Assembly (NCBI GenBank): GCA_965217585.1
Contig: OZ244561.1
Coordinates: 6,304,001 to 6,368,000 of the forward strand
From: Candidatus Latescibacterota bacterium
Lineage (GTDB): Bacteria > Latescibacterota > UBA2968 > UBA8231
Direction: 5' to 3'
Length of the DNA: 64,000 nucleotides
Positions 28,246 to 35,950 of this stretch are shown here, one piece after another; the first letter of the stretch is position 1, and each line of letters starts with the position of its first letter. A model generated the notes under the pieces. It was not told where the DNA came from and searched no databases. It saw only the letters and a program-made list of their open reading frames with translations. Position numbers and translations under genes: made by a program.

Positions 28246-28506
28246 GTGGAAGACACTACTCCTGTAATAAAAGCCTATCTCAATCCGTATTGTCCTTGGA
28301 GTCCGGGAGTGCGGGCGGTACTCGATAGGGCCGGGTTACAATACGAGGAATTGGATACAACCAACGACCGCAAAGCCTTTGAGGAAATGGTCGCCAAGAG
28401 CCGACAGTACGCCTCTCCCTGCGTGGAAATCGACGGCGTTATGCTGGCCGATGTGGGGGGAGAGGAGGTTGCGGCGTGGTTGCGGCAGCGCGGCTTGCTA
28501 TGTTGA
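28246..28506 (+). CDS. Glutaredoxin-like protein (CPWS)
   Basis: YLNPYCPWS, SPCVEIDG; TTGACA-N18-TATGTT upstream at about 28174. Confidence 0.8.
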   Translation: MEDTTPVIKAYLNPYCPWSPGVRAVLDRAGLQYEELDTTNDRKAFEEMVAKSRQYASPCVEIDGVMLADVGGEEVAAWLRQRGLLC

Positions 28507-29828
28507 TCAAGACCAGGGTGGGGATATTCTGCTTGGTGGTTTTGTACGCGGTCTCCAGTCGCCCAGCCGCCGCAGAGGCCAAGCCTCTGATCCTCGACTT
28601 GCAGACCGGGTTGACTTTGGTGCAAGAAAACAACGAACGCCTGTTGCAAGCCCGCATTGACCTGCTGCGCGGTCGCGAGGAACTCCGCGTGGCGCGAGCG
28701 GCAGGTCTGCCGCAGGTCGATGCCTCCTTCACGTATAGCCGCAACTGGCTGCTGCCTTCTTTTGTTTTTGCCGGCAATGCCGTCAGGATCGGTACGGAAA
28801 ACAACCTCACGGGCGTCGTGAGCATGCGCCAGCCGCTCTATGCCGGAGGCCGCATTCGCGCTACCGAGGACATGGCCCGCCGCCAATTTGCCATGCTTGG
28901 CGAGACCAAGAGGCAGACAACACAGCTCGTGGCAGCCGAGGTGGAGGAGCGCTTTTACGATCTGCTCCTAGCAGCGGAATTGCGCACGGTGTCGCATCTA
29001 GCGCTTGCATGGGCCAAGCACAATCTATCCCAGGTGGAGGCATGGGCGCAGGCTGGCCGGGCCGCTGAGCTCGACCAGTTGCGCGCTCAGGTGCAGGTCT
29101 CGAACATGCGCGCCGACTCCATCCGCGCCGAAAACAACCTGCGGCTGGCCACTATGGCCCTCAAGGATGTCGTTGGTTTAGACTTGGATCGGGCCATAGA
29201 AGTGCGGGGAACGTTTCGCACCGAGACGGCGCTCGATCTCAATGATCTGGACGCCCTCGTCGCCTTGGGGCTAGCGAAGCGGCCAGAACTGGGGCAAGTC
29301 GAGCAAGAAATAGGATGGTACGAGCGAAAGATCACCGCCGATCAGGCGTCCACCCGGCCTAGGGTGGAACTAGTAGCCACTGGGCAAACCCAGTTCCAGA
29401 GCGATGGGTTCGACCTAGCCGATCGGGAGTGGCGCAAGAGTTGGAACACCGGGTTGGTAGTGCAAATACCGCTTTTCGACGGGCGGCTCACCGGGGCGCG
29501 AGTAGCGCAGGCGCGGCAGGACCTGCGCCGGATAGAGTACGACCATCAACGGATCGCAAGACAGGTGCGGCTGCAAATCCAGCAGGCCTATTATGCCGTC
29601 GAGGAAGCCAGCGAGCGCATTGAGGCCCACCGCGATGCGGTATTGCAGGCCGAGAAGGGGCTGGAAGTCGCCGAGTTACGCTATGCGAGCGGGGTCGGCA
29701 CGCAATTGGAAAATCTGGACGCGCAATTGGCCCTAGTAGAGACCCGCACCCAAAGCGCTGTCGCTCGCCGCGACAAGGCGCTTGCCCTGATGCGGCTCGA
29801 ACAGACCGTGGGCGTCCTCGGTGAGTAG
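28500..29828 (+). CDS. TolC family outer membrane protein
   Basis: Signal peptide; LPQVDA, QPLYAGG, IPLFDG, YASGVGTQLE outer-membrane efflux repeats. Confidence 0.9.
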   Translation: MLIKTRVGIFCLVVLYAVSSRPAAAEAKPLILDLQTGLTLVQENNERLLQARIDLLRGREELRVARAAGLPQVDASFTYSRNWLLPSFVFAGNAVRIGTENNLTGVVSMRQPLYAGGRIRATEDMARRQFAMLGETKRQTTQLVAAEVEERFYDLLLAAELRTVSHLALAWAKHNLSQVEAWAQAGRAAELDQLRAQVQVSNMRADSIRAENNLRLATMALKDVVGLDLDRAIEVRGTFRTETALDLNDLDALVALGLAKRPELGQVEQEIGWYERKITADQASTRPRVELVATGQTQFQSDGFDLADREWRKSWNTGLVVQIPLFDGRLTGARVAQARQDLRRIEYDHQRIARQVRLQIQQAYYAVEEASERIEAHRDAVLQAEKGLEVAELRYASGVGTQLENLDAQLALVETRTQSAVARRDKALALMRLEQTVGVLGE

Positions 29829-29865
29829 TAAACCACAAACACTTAACAGGAAAGGGAAGACCGCC

Positions 29866-31080
29866 ATGGGCGATAGACAATACACGGTTAGAGCCTCGCA
29901 TTGCCACCATCGGGCGAGTGAGGAAGAGATATACGAGGTCCTCAAACGGACTACCGATCCGCTGGAGCGCTCTTGGAAGAAGCTGGAAAAAGCGCGGCGG
30001 ATCGCATTAAAATTCAATATGATCAAGCCGCCGGAGCGCATAGAGTACTTCGCTGGCCGCCGGAGGGAGTTGGTCGATGATGCCGTGGCCCGCGCGGTGC
30101 TGCGCCTGCTGCGAGAGCGGACGACAGCCGAGCTAATCGCCACCGACACCTACCCCTACGGCAACGGCCATGTAACGCCCGACGACTTCAACTACCGCTA
30201 TATATTGGACGATTTTGACGTTCGCTACGTGGACTCGAATTTGCCTCCCTTTGCCACATACGATGTGCCCGGTGGCGGCTGCATGTTCGACCGCTACCTG
30301 CTCAATGCCATCTTTGCCGAGGCCGACGAGGTGGTATCCATCGCCAAGATGAAGAATCACGCCTTTATGGGCATTACATTGACCCTGAAAAACCTCTTTG
30401 GCCTGCCTCCGATGATTCCGCCGGAAGGACGGACGCGGTCGTATTACCACCATCTAATCCGGCTTTCTTACGTCCTACCGGACTTGGGCATGATTACCAA
30501 ACCCTGCCTCAATATCGTCGAGGCCCTCACCGGCCAATGGGGCCGCGAATGGGGTGGCGAGGGCCGGATTTGCAACGCGTTGATGGCCGGCGATCATCCG
30601 GTGGCGACCGATGCTTGCGGCATGACCTTGATGGGCCACGATCCCCACTCCGATTGGCCGACCCCGCCTTTCCGCCGCGATCGCAATCACCTGCTGATAG
30701 CTGCCGAGCACGGCTTTGGCACAGTGGATTTGAACGAGATCGACTTTGCGAGTGAGGTCGAGGCCCCGTTGGCCGAATTTGACTCCGTATCTACGGACCC
30801 AGACGCCACGGTGGCCAATTGGCGGTGCACCACCTGTGAGCAGGGGCTGATCTACCAAGACGAACAGCGGAAGCTAACCGACCGCTATCGAGGGGAGTTC
30901 ATCTATATGCAGGACGGCCAAGTGGTGTGGAACGGGGCCGACCCGAGCAACCTCGGCAGCCGCCGCAAACTCAGCGGCGACAGGAAGGACAGCGCCCTTT
31001 GGCTCAAGTACGTCGATCCGGAAGAGGGGGAAGGGGAGCGCTTCGAGCGCTACAGCGAGTGTTTGCGGCTGGCGTCTTAA
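29866..31080 (+). CDS. DUF362 domain protein with C-terminal extension
   Basis: LKFN, VSIAKMKNH, TLTLKNLFG, GDHPVATD. Confidence 0.8.
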   Translation: MGDRQYTVRASHCHHRASEEEIYEVLKRTTDPLERSWKKLEKARRIALKFNMIKPPERIEYFAGRRRELVDDAVARAVLRLLRERTTAELIATDTYPYGNGHVTPDDFNYRYILDDFDVRYVDSNLPPFATYDVPGGGCMFDRYLLNAIFAEADEVVSIAKMKNHAFMGITLTLKNLFGLPPMIPPEGRTRSYYHHLIRLSYVLPDLGMITKPCLNIVEALTGQWGREWGGEGRICNALMAGDHPVATDACGMTLMGHDPHSDWPTPPFRRDRNHLLIAAEHGFGTVDLNEIDFASEVEAPLAEFDSVSTDPDATVANWRCTTCEQGLIYQDEQRKLTDRYRGEFIYMQDGQVVWNGADPSNLGSRRKLSGDRKDSALWLKYVDPEEGEGERFERYSECLRLAS

Positions 31081-31094
31081 CGCAGGAGGAGCAG

Positions 31095-31457
31095 ATGATT
31101 AGGGGCGACAAGGAACTGTATGTAGTCGGCGACCGCGTGCTCATCCGGATTGACGACATGGAAGAGCGCACGGCCGTAGGGCTTTATTTGCCGCCGACCG
31201 CCTTGGAAAAGGAGAATGTGCAAAGCGGGCGCATCGAAGAAGTGGGGCCGGGCGTTCCCCTGCCGCCGAAAACCGATGACGACGGTGCACCTTGGGAAGA
31301 GGGGGGCGAGCAGATGCGCTACATCGGCCTCCAGGCCAAAAAAGGCGACCACGCCATTTTCTTGCGCAAAGATGCGGTGGAAATCAAGTTCGACAACGAG
31401 AAGTTTATCGTCGTGCCGCAGGCGGCGATCTTGGTGCTCGTCCGGGACATTGCTTGA
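31095..31457 (+). CDS. groES: Co-chaperonin GroES family protein (no adjacent groEL)
   Basis: VVGDRVLIR, GLYLP, GRIEEVGPG, AKKGD, AILVLVRD. Confidence 0.85.
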   Translation: MIRGDKELYVVGDRVLIRIDDMEERTAVGLYLPPTALEKENVQSGRIEEVGPGVPLPPKTDDDGAPWEEGGEQMRYIGLQAKKGDHAIFLRKDAVEIKFDNEKFIVVPQAAILVLVRDIA

Positions 31458-31459
31458 GG
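31407..31459 (+). repeat. groES 3' end, resident copy (pairs with 34890-34943)
   Basis: atcgtcgtgccgca...gcgatcttggtgctcgtcc...ttgcttgagg is shared with 34890-34943. Confidence 0.85.
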
Positions 31460-31494
31460 GCCGTTTGGGACCGTATGCAGGAAAGGAGAAGGAA

Positions 31495-31824
31495 ATGGGC
31501 GTTGCTGATCTGATTCAAAAATTCCAGTTTGTCGTGGACTCTAATGGCGAGAAGCAATCAGTGCTAATCGACTATGCGGTTTGGGAAGAGCTGTTGAACT
31601 TGCTGGAGGACCTTGAAGACTCAGAGGAAATCAGTCGCCTACGCGACGCGGCAGAAGAATCCATTCCATGGGATCAGGCTAAGGTGGAACCGCTATCTGA
31701 TGATAAATTCGAGGCCCTAGCCGATCAGTTGGCCGACGTTTTTATGGATTATGTTGATCCCGATTGCCCCCCATTATCCGATTACGCGGTTAGCCGCAAA
31801 GGACTTTACGAGGATCATTTATAG
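31495..31824 (+). CDS. Chimeric antitoxin-like protein
   Basis: N-half QFVVDSNGEKQSVLID...LEDLEDS...SIPWDQAK and C-half FEALADQLAD...PPLSDYAVSRKGLYEDHL each resemble small type II antitoxins. Confidence 0.6.
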   Translation: MGVADLIQKFQFVVDSNGEKQSVLIDYAVWEELLNLLEDLEDSEEISRLRDAAEESIPWDQAKVEPLSDDKFEALADQLADVFMDYVDPDCPPLSDYAVSRKGLYEDHL

Positions 31825-31826
31825 TC

Positions 31827-31856
31827 GTGATTTATCTGGTCGATTGTGGCCGTTGA
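31827..31856 (+). pseudogene. Possible PIN/VapC toxin N-terminal stub
   Basis: GTG ATT TAT CTG GTC GAT (MIYLVD) starts 2 nt after the antitoxin stop and reaches a stop three codons later. Confidence 0.4.
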
Positions 31857-31872
31857 CCCCGAGACGGTTTAG

Positions 31873-32472
31873 ATGATCCATCGTGCCGCTGCCCTCAGTC
31901 AAGGTCCGCTCCTCTGGTCTGGCGAACACTGGATTCTCTATCTGAGTCTGCCTGGAGCCAAAGCTGACAGCGGACAACTTAGTCTGTACAACGCGGCCTA
32001 CAGTTCCGCCGGCCGGGGCACCGTGGCCTATATCGACATTCCCGGCTCTGAGGGCCTGGCTGCCGTCTGCACCGACAACTCCGACTTGGCCGATTTTATT
32101 ACTGCCACCATGATTCGCGGCAGCAATAATCCATTCGACCGCGATCTGCCCCAATGGCCAGCCACCTTCAGCCGCGCTGGTCACATTGACCGCAATCCTT
32201 CTTGGACCATCCAAAGTGAGCACCACACCCTGACCGCCACTTGGGAGCAATTGGAAAGCCCCCTAGTCGGCCCGCCTACCATCAACCCCCAGATCGTCTT
32301 CACAGTGCTGGTTTTTGCGGCCGCCGGCCAGATGCAACTCGACGGCATGGCCGTACCCGGCCGCCCCTATCCCCGTGATGCCTGGAGCAAAAGTCTAGGT
32401 CAAGCCCGCAGTTCCTGCTGTTTTGCGCTGGCCGAAACCATGGTGGCCGGCCATTCGAGTGGTGGGATTTGA
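31873..32472 (+). CDS. Hypothetical protein
   Basis: 199-aa ORF with coding-like composition; no recognised family. Confidence 0.65.
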   Translation: MIHRAAALSQGPLLWSGEHWILYLSLPGAKADSGQLSLYNAAYSSAGRGTVAYIDIPGSEGLAAVCTDNSDLADFITATMIRGSNNPFDRDLPQWPATFSRAGHIDRNPSWTIQSEHHTLTATWEQLESPLVGPPTINPQIVFTVLVFAAAGQMQLDGMAVPGRPYPRDAWSKSLGQARSSCCFALAETMVAGHSSGGI

Positions 32473-32496
32473 CGGGTAGTAGGGGAAGGCGATAAG

Positions 32497-32796
32497 TTGG
32501 ACATCGAATACCAACTTCAAGACATCAGGTTTCAGTGGGATGAGAACAAAGCCCAAAGCAACGTGCTGAAGCATGGCATCGCTTTTGAAGAAGCAGCCGA
32601 AGTCTTTTTCGATCCCTTTCATCAAACAGGGGATGCCTCCATTGATGATGAACATGAACAACGGGATTTCATCCTTGGTTACTCGTCTCGGCGACGTATT
32701 TTGCTAGTCGTTTATGTAGAGCGAGACAAACTGACACGCATCATATCTGTGCGCCGTGCGACGCGGCGTGAAAGGAAGTCATATGGAGACCCGTGA
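32497..32796 (+). CDS. BrnT family toxin (DUF497)
   Basis: FQWDENKAQSNVLKHGIAFEEAAEVFFDP...RIISVRRATRRERKSY. Confidence 0.92.
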   Translation: MDIEYQLQDIRFQWDENKAQSNVLKHGIAFEEAAEVFFDPFHQTGDASIDDEHEQRDFILGYSSRRRILLVVYVERDKLTRIISVRRATRRERKSYGDP

Positions 32797-33550
32797 AGTC
32801 GATCTTGCGTTCCGTCCTCGTGCGACGGAAAAAGTATCCATAGAGATACCAAAGGATGTGCTCAATTCCCTCAAGCAGGTCGCCGCCAACCGAGACATGT
32901 CGGTCCAGGCATTAATCAAGTCCTATATTGGGCAAGGGGCGCGACAAATGACGTCCTTAATGTGGGCCGCCCAAGACGGCTATTTAGCGTTGGTGCGTTT
33001 TTTGGTGTCTGAGGGGGCTGATATCCACGTGCGCGATGAAAACGGCTGGACCGCCTTGATGTGGGCTGCCCAAGGCGGCCATTTAGCGGTGATGCGCTTT
33101 TTGGTGTCTGAGGGGGCTGATATCCACGTGCGCGATGAAAACGGCTGGACCGCCTTGATGTGGGCTGCCCAAGGCGGCCATTTAGCGGTGATGCGCTTTT
33201 TGACAGAGCAGTTTGCCGATATCCACGCCCGAAATAACTTCGGCGATACGGCCTTGGTGTTGGCTGCCCAAGGCGGTCATTTAGCGGTAGTACGTTTTTT
33301 GGTGTCTGAGGGGGCTGATATCCACGTGCGCGATGAAAACGGCTGGACCGCCTTGATGAAGGCCACCGTTGGCGGCTATTTAGCGGTGGTGCGCTTTTTG
33401 GTGGACCGCGGGGTTGATGTCAATACCCGAAATGAGTCCGGCGATACGGCCTTGACATGGGCTGTCCGGGGTTCCCACATCGAGGACGGCGAAAAGAAAA
33501 AGTGCTACGAGGAGGTGGTAGCCTTTCTCAGAGCGGCTGAAGCTGTCTGA
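32783..33550 (+). CDS. RHH/CopG-type antitoxin fused to about 6 ankyrin repeats
   Basis: N-terminal TEKVSIEIPKDVLNSLKQVAANRDMSVQALIKSYIGQG, then in-frame 33-aa ankyrin repeats (GWTALMWAAQGGHLAVMRFLVSEGADIHVRD); overlaps the brnT stop. Confidence 0.85.
   Translation: METREVDLAFRPRATEKVSIEIPKDVLNSLKQVAANRDMSVQALIKSYIGQGARQMTSLMWAAQDGYLALVRFLVSEGADIHVRDENGWTALMWAAQGGHLAVMRFLVSEGADIHVRDENGWTALMWAAQGGHLAVMRFLTEQFADIHARNNFGDTALVLAAQGGHLAVVRFLVSEGADIHVRDENGWTALMKATVGGYLAVVRFLVDRGVDVNTRNESGDTALTWAVRGSHIEDGEKKKCYEEVVAFLRAAEAV
32948..33442 (+). repeat. 99-bp tandem repeat array encoding ankyrin repeats
   Basis: Five 99-nt units; 32999-33097 is identical to 33098-33196. Confidence 0.93.
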
Positions 33551-33577
33551 GTAGGGTGGGAAAGCGTATAGGACGAA

Positions 33578-33606
33578 AGCCCAAGCCGTGTAAAGTGGCT
33601 TGGGCT
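33578..33606. terminator. Hairpin between the convergent ankyrin and nuclease genes
   Basis: AGCCCAAGCC-N9-GGCTTGGGCT perfect stem; short T-tract on the minus strand. Confidence 0.55.
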
Positions 33607-33655
33607 GGGGATACCTTGATAAGATAAATTCACCAATAACGCTGAAAACAACACA

Positions 33656-34849
33656 TCATAAGTCCTTAACAGCATCCCACACCGGCTTCAGGTGGTGTGC
33701 AATTCCTTTCACATACTCCTTCCTCGCTTTCTCGTTGAACAGCAGCTTGGACACTAATTTAAGGTTCTTGGAGGTGGGATTTCGCAGATCCAGTCCTCCA
33801 TCGGCACATCGATACCAGGGCCACCACTGATTTGATTTACCACCGTTCACGTTTTCTAACGCTTCCCTGAGTCTGTTGTACTGATCTTCGTCTTCTCCTT
33901 TGTAATAATGGACGCCGAAGTTAATATCGCTGCCAAACTCAACGCTAATCTGGGCGTCTCCGCTGCCAAACGGATAGAATAGGCCGTAATACATGCTCCC
34001 TTTCGTACCCCTGACGTATTTCTCCATCGTCTCCTCAGAGAATTCGCGGTCCTTGTTCTTGTCAGCAGGCTTCTTTGAAATCAGTTCTGTCAGTGAGGAG
34101 TCAATTTCACCGTACAGTTTTTTCAGCAACGAAATTCTGACACGAATTACAGCCTCATTCAAGTCGTGGATGAGAGTGAGATTCTTGCCCTGTAAACAAA
34201 GTTTCTCTAAGTCTTTCATATATGCCTCACTGAAATCCGTACCTGTCAGCTTGCGAACGAGCTGTAGGTACTGAGCGATTGATTCCCGCAACGCGGGTTC
34301 GTCGTAAGCGCGTTTTTGACACCCTTCCAGCCAAGGAGGAAGGTCGTCCCGGTAGGAAATACTTTGGTAATAGAGATTGCCGACGCTATCCTCGGAAGGA
34401 GCGTAGCCATCAAGCGTCAGATACAGCAGAGATATGTCGTCGAATCCCCCTTTTTTTAATCTATCGTGGTATCTCTGTAATTGCTGAGGTTGATCTCCGG
34501 CCCCAATCTTGTTCTCGATCACAACCGCTTGTCCGACATCATTGGTAATCAAGATGTCGATGTTATCGCGCTCCCGATCTACTTTGATGCCGCTCTGATA
34601 AAAGTCCTTCTTGGCAACACGTCGCAAGAACTTCGTCAGGTTTTGTCGTGGTGCATCGGGCGACTTCTGGTAGTTGAGCAGCCCGTAAAGAAACCGGGAG
34701 TGGAGATTTACCTCATCGCGTTCTCCACGCAGAGTGGAGAAAATGTTGAAGGGATCCTCTCGTCCAGCCTCATACTTCTCGTATAAGTGATCTGCCCGTT
34801 CTAACAGCAATGCTGCCTGTTCCAACCGCGATTGGTCGTCGTTGTTCAT
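33656..34849 (-). CDS. PD-(D/E)XK nuclease family protein (PDDEXK_4-like)
   Basis: FNIF...EVNLHSRFL, NIDILI...VIENKI..DQPQQLQRY, YLTLDG; visibly lower GC than the flanks. Confidence 0.85.
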   Translation of the reverse strand: MNNDDQSRLEQAALLLERADHLYEKYEAGREDPFNIFSTLRGERDEVNLHSRFLYGLLNYQKSPDAPRQNLTKFLRRVAKKDFYQSGIKVDRERDNIDILITNDVGQAVVIENKIGAGDQPQQLQRYHDRLKKGGFDDISLLYLTLDGYAPSEDSVGNLYYQSISYRDDLPPWLEGCQKRAYDEPALRESIAQYLQLVRKLTGTDFSEAYMKDLEKLCLQGKNLTLIHDLNEAVIRVRISLLKKLYGEIDSSLTELISKKPADKNKDREFSEETMEKYVRGTKGSMYYGLFYPFGSGDAQISVEFGSDINFGVHYYKGEDEDQYNRLREALENVNGGKSNQWWPWYRCADGGLDLRNPTSKNLKLVSKLLFNEKARKEYVKGIAHHLKPVWDAVKDL

Positions 34850-34889
34850 GGATGCCCCTTATCAAGCTTAGTGAATAGGCAGACCAAAC

Positions 34890-34943
34890 ATCGTCGTGCC
34901 GCAAACAGCGATCTTGGTGCTCGTCCTCGACCCTTGCTTGAGG
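34890..34943 (+). pseudogene. Displaced, diverged copy of the groES 3' end
   Basis: 47 of 54 aligned positions identical to 31407-31459; encodes IVVPQTAILVLVLD versus resident IVVPQAAILVLVRD; one 1-nt insertion before the stop. Confidence 0.85.
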
Positions 34944-34991
34944 ACTTGCTCAACCAGCTCTCTACTGCCCGTGTAAAAATCTTTCCCACCG

Positions 34992-35108
34992 TTAGAAGAA
35001 CGACCTTTGTTTGAGAAACTCCACTGGCGCTTCCTCGCCCCAGCCGCGCGTGTAGTAGTCCTGCATGGTCAAGGCCAGCAGGATGCATAGCGAGAAGAAG
35101 CCGGCGAC
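34992..35108 (-). pseudogene. Displaced, diverged copy of the ctaF 3' end
   Basis: 117 bp with 11 mismatches to 35951-36067; encodes VAGFFSLCILLALTMQDYYTRGWGEEAPVEFLKQRSFF then stop. Confidence 0.92.
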
Positions 35109-35128
35109 GGGTTTAGCAGGTGGTGAAC

Positions 35129-35512
35129 TCATATTGGCAGTCCCAAACTAGCGCGAATAGCTCGGCGAACCTGAGCACAGATTTGCATAGCATGAAGAGT
35201 ATCGCTGGCCGTTGCTGACTTTCCGGGATAGCGAAAATCCACTGCATGCGCGGTAAGGACTTGAAAGTCAGCCTGCCAAGAGTGCCAATCCGGCACAGTT
35301 TGCACGATCAGATCCAGCAATTCTTCCAGATCGTGAGTTCGCGGAAAAGGAAGGTTTGCTTCTTGAAGCCAAGCTTTTAGATACTTTTCGATACACTGCT
35401 GGGCATGGAAGCAGATGGCATCATGCGTCGGATTGGGTGCCTGCTGAAGCCACTGAGCCGAAGCATAATCGCCTTCGGCCTTTTGCGTCCATTCCAGCGT
35501 CAACGGATTCAT
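35129..35512 (-). CDS. HEPN domain protein
   Basis: EWTQKAEGDY, CFHAQQCIEKYLKA, RTHDL, FRYPG. Confidence 0.9.
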   Translation of the reverse strand: MNPLTLEWTQKAEGDYASAQWLQQAPNPTHDAICFHAQQCIEKYLKAWLQEANLPFPRTHDLEELLDLIVQTVPDWHSWQADFQVLTAHAVDFRYPGKSATASDTLHAMQICAQVRRAIRASLGLPI

Positions 35513-35816
35513 AGAGTACTTGCCCTTTTTGCATAATTTCCCGAAGAAACCAGTCGTTATGCGAGACTCGGTAAGCAATTTCTTCCGGGGAACGGACGAG
35601 CAAATCCATGCGGAAGCGGCGGGGGATACGCTGCCGAATCGCCACGGCTTGGCGACGAGTCTGCGATTCTGGGATCGCCATGACCACGCACAGATCGACA
35701 TCCGAGTCTTCCGTGGGGGTGCCGTAAGCATAGGAGCCGAAGAGAATAATTTTCAGGGGGGCAAATTCTCGGGCTATGTCATCACAGGTCGCCTGAATGT
35801 CTTTCGGGTCAACCAT
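35421..35816 (-). CDS. Minimal nucleotidyltransferase (MNT)
   Basis: IILFGSYAYGTPTEDSDVDL (GSx10DxD); overlaps the HEPN gene. Confidence 0.9.
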   Translation of the reverse strand: MVDPKDIQATCDDIAREFAPLKIILFGSYAYGTPTEDSDVDLCVVMAIPESQTRRQAVAIRQRIPRRFRMDLLVRSPEEIAYRVSHNDWFLREIMQKGQVLYESVDAGMDAKGRRRLCFGSVASAGTQSDA

Positions 35817-35950
35817 GCTTGCCAGTCCGTATAATAAAGAAAAAGGCTTGGGATCGAGGGCGGGACGTCTCCGATCCCAAGGACGCAATTCAAGATACGA
35901 GGGTCTCTCGCCTGCGACAACTCGACAATCCTCGAAGGCCCGGCGTGGGT

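Noticed and set aside
32948-33442. Tandem repeats as a possible CRISPR array or DGR template/variable pair
   Set aside because: The 99-bp units are in-frame ankyrin codons with no unique spacers, differences are not adenine-specific, and no cas or reverse transcriptase gene is present.
34846-35088. 80-aa ORF sharing its N-terminus with ORF 35421-36047
   Set aside because: Both are alternative-frame readings of the duplicated ctaF end; the real MNT start is 35816.
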